Origin: a virus
Lineage: Duplodnaviria; Caudoviricetes
IMG/VR virus record: IMGVR_UViG_3300050336_000030
DNA length: 64,000 nt
Strand: one strand, 5' to 3'
Part shown: positions 59,611 through 64,000 of the stretch, piece by piece
How positions within the stretch are numbered: position 1 is the stretch's first letter
How the letters are laid out: each line of letters starts with the position of its first letter
Notes under the pieces: model-generated
Told to the model about the DNA's origin: nothing
The model's database searches: none
Seen by the model: only the letters and a program-made list of their open reading frames with translations
Made by a program: the position numbers and the translations under genes

Positions 59611-60576
59611 TTATTTAGTTATTGTGACATTACAATTCAAAACAATTATCTTTTTACTTTGAGTGGTTATGATACATCTAACAATTGCATTTCCTTCACC
59701 TTTTGCTGTTATAAGTCCGTTCGTCGTATTAACAGTTGCTATAGTTTTATTTGATGATACATATTTATATCTACTTCCGACAAGTTGGTTCTCAACGTTA
59801 ACGTCGTATTTGTCACCAACAGATAAATCAATATCTGTATCTGAAAGTACAGGTGATTCATCATCCAATCCAACCACAACATCTGAAGTTAAGGTATAAA
59901 TATCACCATCTTGACTTTTAACCTTACAAGTAATTTTCGTTTTACCATCTTTAATTCCTTTAACAACTCCAGTTTTAGAATTTACCGTTGCAACTTTTGT
60001 ATTACTTGAAGTCCAAGAATAAGTGCTGTTTTCAAGCTTATTATCTACATTGATATCATAAGTCGATGAAGTATCTAATAGAAGAGAAGTGGCAGTAAGA
60101 GATGGCGAATTTGTATCTGGGTTAATTGTATTGTCTATTCCCCTAACCCATTCAACTTCTTGATCTTCTATATTGACATCAGGTTCTTTCGTTTTTGGAT
60201 CTTTTATTCCATATAAGTAAATTTCAGCACTAAATGTTTTATTATTAAAATTAGTGAATTTTAAGGTTACAGTTTGTTCTCCCTCTTTAATAATATAAGC
60301 AGGATTTTCCCATTCGTAATTACCAAATATGACACCGTCATTATAGTACATTAATCCATCAACTTTATATTTACTAAGTCTTTCTCCGATATACGCATTT
60401 GGTTCATCCTCAGTATAATTTTTAGAATTATATGCAATGGTATACGCATATTTAATATTATCATCACTATAAGATTCTACAACGAAACTATCATTTTCAT
60501 TAGCAAAAATTGTTTTTGGTATGAATAAAAACGATAAACAAAAATAAAAGATAAAAATCTTTTTAAATGTCTTCAT
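59611..60576 (-). CDS. secreted protein with two Ig-like (Big_2) domains
   Basis: signal peptide; WTSSNTKVATV...G.VKG..G.T.I repeated twice. Confidence 0.8.
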   Translation of the reverse strand: MKTFKKIFIFYFCLSFLFIPKTIFANENDSFVVESYSDDNIKYAYTIAYNSKNYTEDEPNAYIGERLSKYKVDGLMYYNDGVIFGNYEWENPAYIIKEGEQTVTLKFTNFNNKTFSAEIYLYGIKDPKTKEPDVNIEDQEVEWVRGIDNTINPDTNSPSLTATSLLLDTSSTYDINVDNKLENSTYSWTSSNTKVATVNSKTGVVKGIKDGKTKITCKVKSQDGDIYTLTSDVVVGLDDESPVLSDTDIDLSVGDKYDVNVENQLVGSRYKYVSSNKTIATVNTTNGLITAKGEGNAIVRCIITTQSKKIIVLNCNVTITK

Positions 60577-60636
60577 AAGCAACAACACCTCCTAAATATA
60601 GTATACCACTTTTTGCATATAATATAAAGAAAAATT

Positions 60637-63600
60637 TTACATATTATTAATTTTTTGTTCTAACTCTTGTACCCTTGCATATAATTTTTGAATCATTAGA
60701 ACTTCAACAGCATGAAAATTTTCATAATTTATTCTATGAATATAATCGTCAACATATAGTCCTTCATCTGTATATGTTCTAACGTTCATTTTATCAATCA
60801 AATTATATTCATATGGATTAATATTAAATGACTGAAATGCCGATTCTACTTCTTGGGCTAAAAATCCAAAGACTTTAGTTTCAGGATAATTACTACATTT
60901 AAATTCGTACTGTTTTGGTTTAAATAACATAAATAATTCTTCTGGAAAATCCAAGGCCAATATATTTTTTTTAAGTCTCATATCAGAAGATGAAATACGT
61001 TGAAAATTATCATCAACCCACGTTACACTAGCTGCATTTTTTCCTTTAAATCCTATATTTTCGCTCGACGTCAAGTCTGGCTCTATTTGATTTGTGTGAT
61101 AATCTGTTAATGCTACTGCATAATTATCAAAATTATCGTCAGTTAATGGTATATCTCCATTAATTGTCGAAAGTCTTACATCTCCACTCGAAGAAGCAAG
61201 AAATGATGAAGTACTTTCATTTCTACCTATTATACCAATTTGTGTAGCATTCATAAATACATATCCGGCAGAATCATCAGAAAAATCTTCGGTTATTCCG
61301 TTTATTGGCCTGACATAAATAACATTTGTTGTAGTTACTCCATTTTCTATGTGAGTTTTCATTGGAGTTCCTAAATTATCATATCCAAATGAAGTAAAAG
61401 CAGAACCAGAAATAATTGAGCCATCAATGGTGCTACCACTTATATTTCCTTTTATTGTTGCATTTTTAGCAGTTAATGCACCACTCGATGTTACTGTAAA
61501 GTCACCTCCTCCAATGTCTATAGATGAAGCGGTAATTTTACCAGAAAAGTTAGATTGTGTCATTGTAACTTCCCCTGTACTGGTTACTTTAAAATTTTTG
61601 CTGTCTATTGTTCCATATGTAAGATTAATGTACATTCCAGTATTTCCAGAAACATAATTTGAAGAAGATATACTTCCACCAATAAAATTTGCTGCACTTA
61701 TAAGCCCTGAAAACACTAAATTATTAGTAGTTGTGTCTACATATAAAACTTTTGATCCGTTAACTTTTACATTTATAATTTCAGATGGTAGACTAGGATT
61801 AATACCGACGCTATAGATTCCGTTAACCGCCTGAAGTCCATTATCATCTGTGATTGAATATGTACCGCTTTTATTATATATCTTTAAAGCTGAAGATAAA
61901 ATTAAGTTTGCAACAACAGTTTCTCCGTTAACACCGTAATAATAATGACCATCATCTGCTAAATATTTTCCTATACACATTCTAGCACTTTCAAAATTAT
62001 CATCTGAAAGAACTATCTTATTTTTCACTAACCACATTTCTTCTGGTAAATATGTTCCTGTAGTAATATCTTTTTCTCTTAACCTTAACCCATAACTTCC
62101 ATATGTAACTTCTTGATTATCGCTATTTACAATTTCTTGTGTAGCTGCATTTAAAGCATTATTCATGTATTGCTGAATAACATTGGTTTGATCCGCAGCT
62201 TTATCCCAGCTAATACCACTTACTTTTACAGTATTACTGGTTTGATTTGCCTGAGCTTGAGTCTTTGCAAAGTCAATACTGTTGCTATCTAATTTATTTC
62301 TATTAGAAAATACTACCGTTAAATCATCAATCTTTTCAAAATCAATCTTAATCGACAAAAGTCTTGCAATTGCAATATTATCTTTTGTGACTTTTACTTT
62401 TATAATATTTCCTAATTCAAAATCATCTTGATAACCTTTAAACTCAGGTAACATAAATAAATTTGCAAGAGTTGTTTCCAATGAAAATTGAGGTTGACTT
62501 GCTATTGTTAACGCTTCATCCGCAACATTATATAACTGTTGTTTAATTTCTAAAGCCGTTTCTTCTGAATCCTCTTCACCAACCACATATGTTTCATCAA
62601 CATATTCATCTTCAAATGTAAAATTACGTAATTCTTTTATTTGTTCAGCAGTAAAATTATTTGGAGTAGCTAATTGATCCGCTATACTTGATATAGTATT
62701 ATTTAAGGCTGTTATTTGAGCTTCTTTAGCTGATATTTGATTTTCTCTAACTGTAATTTCAGATTGAACAGCAAGTAATGTATTTCTTGTAGATGTGTAT
62801 TCCGCATATTGTGGACTATTTTTTGAACCAGCTCCATTACTTAATAAAACTGACTGCAAATCTGTATAGGTCTTTTCTTGTGATTCAAGTTCAGTTAATC
62901 CATATTGAGTCCAATCAGTAGTGGGAGATGACGGAACTTTATTTTTTAACTCTAGTAATTGCGTATTATAAGTTTTTAATAATGAAACATTGTTAGTTTG
63001 TGTAGCAGATAAACTTGCATATTTTACTTTATAAGTATTCCAAGCAGTAACTAATCCGTCAGTAGCTTTACCTCCTTGTGATTTTGGAACCATAAACCAA
63101 TCAAAATTATATATCTTATCATCTAAAGTGGGACTTACCGCACGAATATCTAAATTATCTCCACCTCTGACCCTATAGCAAGTCGTTATATTCTCAAGGC
63201 TTGATGTGATAACATTCTCTTGTACTAAGTTTCGATAAGATAAAAATATATTTGTATTCTTTCCAAAATTATCAATTGTATAGGCGTTGATAACACGATT
63301 GTGAGTATCAAAATTAAAAATACATTTGAACGAAGTTGAAATTGAATCAGTCAATAAACTATAGACATCTGAGGATTCGATATCAAATGTGCGATAAAGT
63401 GTTTTAAGTGAATCATCAATATGACCTATAGACCAATTTCCAAGATAGCTACATATAATATGCATTAGACTCTTATCAGTTTCCGCAACATTATAAAGTG
63501 ATAGTACACCTGAAATATCAAATATTTTACGTCTTTTAAGTTCATATTCTAATGATTTAGCCGTTATTTCCTTATATGCATTAACCCCCGTTCCATGTTC

Positions 63601-63858
63601 TTCAACATCTATAATCCAATAAACTCCCAATAATTGTGCTTCTACTAAGTTACCCTCGGTAACTAAATCATAGTATTCAACATCTTTTCCGTCCAATTTT
63701 TTATAGATATTAAAATTCATTACTGAAATATCGTTTGCATTTAATTCAAAATTTAATTTATTCCCAGTTTTAAGCTCTCCATGACCATCTTCATTAGGGA
63801 TTCTTAAAAACAATTTAGGTCGATTAATTTTGTCATTGTAATTTAATTTAAAATACAT
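60637..63858 (-). CDS. tail spike/Tal-like protein with C-terminal intramolecular chaperone (Peptidase S74-like)
   Basis: prophage-tail N-terminus; C-terminal SSDMRLKKNI, GFLAQEVE, INYE. Confidence 0.85.
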   Translation of the reverse strand: MYFKLNYNDKINRPKLFLRIPNEDGHGELKTGNKLNFELNANDISVMNFNIYKKLDGKDVEYYDLVTEGNLVEAQLLGVYWIIDVEEHGTGVNAYKEITAKSLEYELKRRKIFDISGVLSLYNVAETDKSLMHIICSYLGNWSIGHIDDSLKTLYRTFDIESSDVYSLLTDSISTSFKCIFNFDTHNRVINAYTIDNFGKNTNIFLSYRNLVQENVITSSLENITTCYRVRGGDNLDIRAVSPTLDDKIYNFDWFMVPKSQGGKATDGLVTAWNTYKVKYASLSATQTNNVSLLKTYNTQLLELKNKVPSSPTTDWTQYGLTELESQEKTYTDLQSVLLSNGAGSKNSPQYAEYTSTRNTLLAVQSEITVRENQISAKEAQITALNNTISSIADQLATPNNFTAEQIKELRNFTFEDEYVDETYVVGEEDSEETALEIKQQLYNVADEALTIASQPQFSLETTLANLFMLPEFKGYQDDFELGNIIKVKVTKDNIAIARLLSIKIDFEKIDDLTVVFSNRNKLDSNSIDFAKTQAQANQTSNTVKVSGISWDKAADQTNVIQQYMNNALNAATQEIVNSDNQEVTYGSYGLRLREKDITTGTYLPEEMWLVKNKIVLSDDNFESARMCIGKYLADDGHYYYGVNGETVVANLILSSALKIYNKSGTYSITDDNGLQAVNGIYSVGINPSLPSEIINVKVNGSKVLYVDTTTNNLVFSGLISAANFIGGSISSSNYVSGNTGMYINLTYGTIDSKNFKVTSTGEVTMTQSNFSGKITASSIDIGGGDFTVTSSGALTAKNATIKGNISGSTIDGSIISGSAFTSFGYDNLGTPMKTHIENGVTTTNVIYVRPINGITEDFSDDSAGYVFMNATQIGIIGRNESTSSFLASSSGDVRLSTINGDIPLTDDNFDNYAVALTDYHTNQIEPDLTSSENIGFKGKNAASVTWVDDNFQRISSSDMRLKKNILALDFPEELFMLFKPKQYEFKCSNYPETKVFGFLAQEVESAFQSFNINPYEYNLIDKMNVRTYTDEGLYVDDYIHRINYENFHAVEVLMIQKLYARVQELEQKINNM

Positions 63859-63862
63859 ATAA

Positions 63863-64000
63863 TCAACCTCCTACTCGTTTAGGAGAAGAGTATGTAAGTT
63901 TTACAGTACAGTTTCCCGAAATCGTTACGTTGTTTAAACCATCCACAAAATATATAGAGTTATAATTCCAATAATCAATAATTGTTCTATTTGCAGTAGT
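63863..64000 (-). CDS. 3' end of probable distal tail protein (partial)
   Basis: ...FVDGLNNVTISGNCTVKLTYSSPKRVGG*, directly upstream of Tal. Confidence 0.6.
   Translation of the reverse strand, partial: TTANRTIIDYWNYNSIYFVDGLNNVTISGNCTVKLTYSSPKRVGG

Noticed and set aside
2216-61657. Many antisense or nested ORFs in the track (e.g. 2216-2485, 15243-15629, 23383-23853, 35695-36072, 40671-41168, 57077-57271, 59279-59515, 59497-59754)
   Set aside because: They overlap well-supported genes or RNA elements, lack SDs and have shadow-frame composition.
1-64000. CRISPR array, cas genes, reverse transcriptase/DGR, retron
   Set aside because: No regularly spaced direct repeats and no RT or Cas motifs seen in any ORF.

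Overview
AT-rich 64-kb segment of a large temperate Firmicutes (probably Clostridia-type) phage with SPbeta-like organisation, apparently in its excised form because attP is intact. The + strand from 1 to 41.4 kb holds a replication module (SSB-like, AAA_24, DnaB, primase, RecJ, DnaE, ERCC4), an RNA-repair-like cluster, class III RNR and other nucleotide-metabolism genes, methylases, a solo TnpB, dozens of small ORFs, and then xis, tRNA-Thr(CGT), attP and a tyrosine integrase. The - strand from 41.6 to 64 kb holds lysis and tail genes, interrupted at about 52-60.6 kb by an accessory island (IS605 element, orphan PemK, putative type I toxin, micropeptides, Ig-like protein). The most notable non-obvious signals are: (1) an 18-bp ATAAAA-N6-TTTTAT palindrome at more than 20 gene boundaries, suggesting a cassette or processing system; (2) an orphan PemK followed by a separately promoted ncRNA with two covarying GNRA-hairpin units, a candidate RNA-antitoxin system; (3) an attP core equal to the anticodon loop of an adjacent full phage tRNA; (4) a unidirectional 15-bp operator and two promoters sharing an operator-promoter-inverted copy-operator layout; (5) tandem NrdR-like boxes placed away from the RNR genes; (6) a stem-enclosed 34-aa peptide RNA. 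All family assignments come from manual motif recognition; no searches were run.
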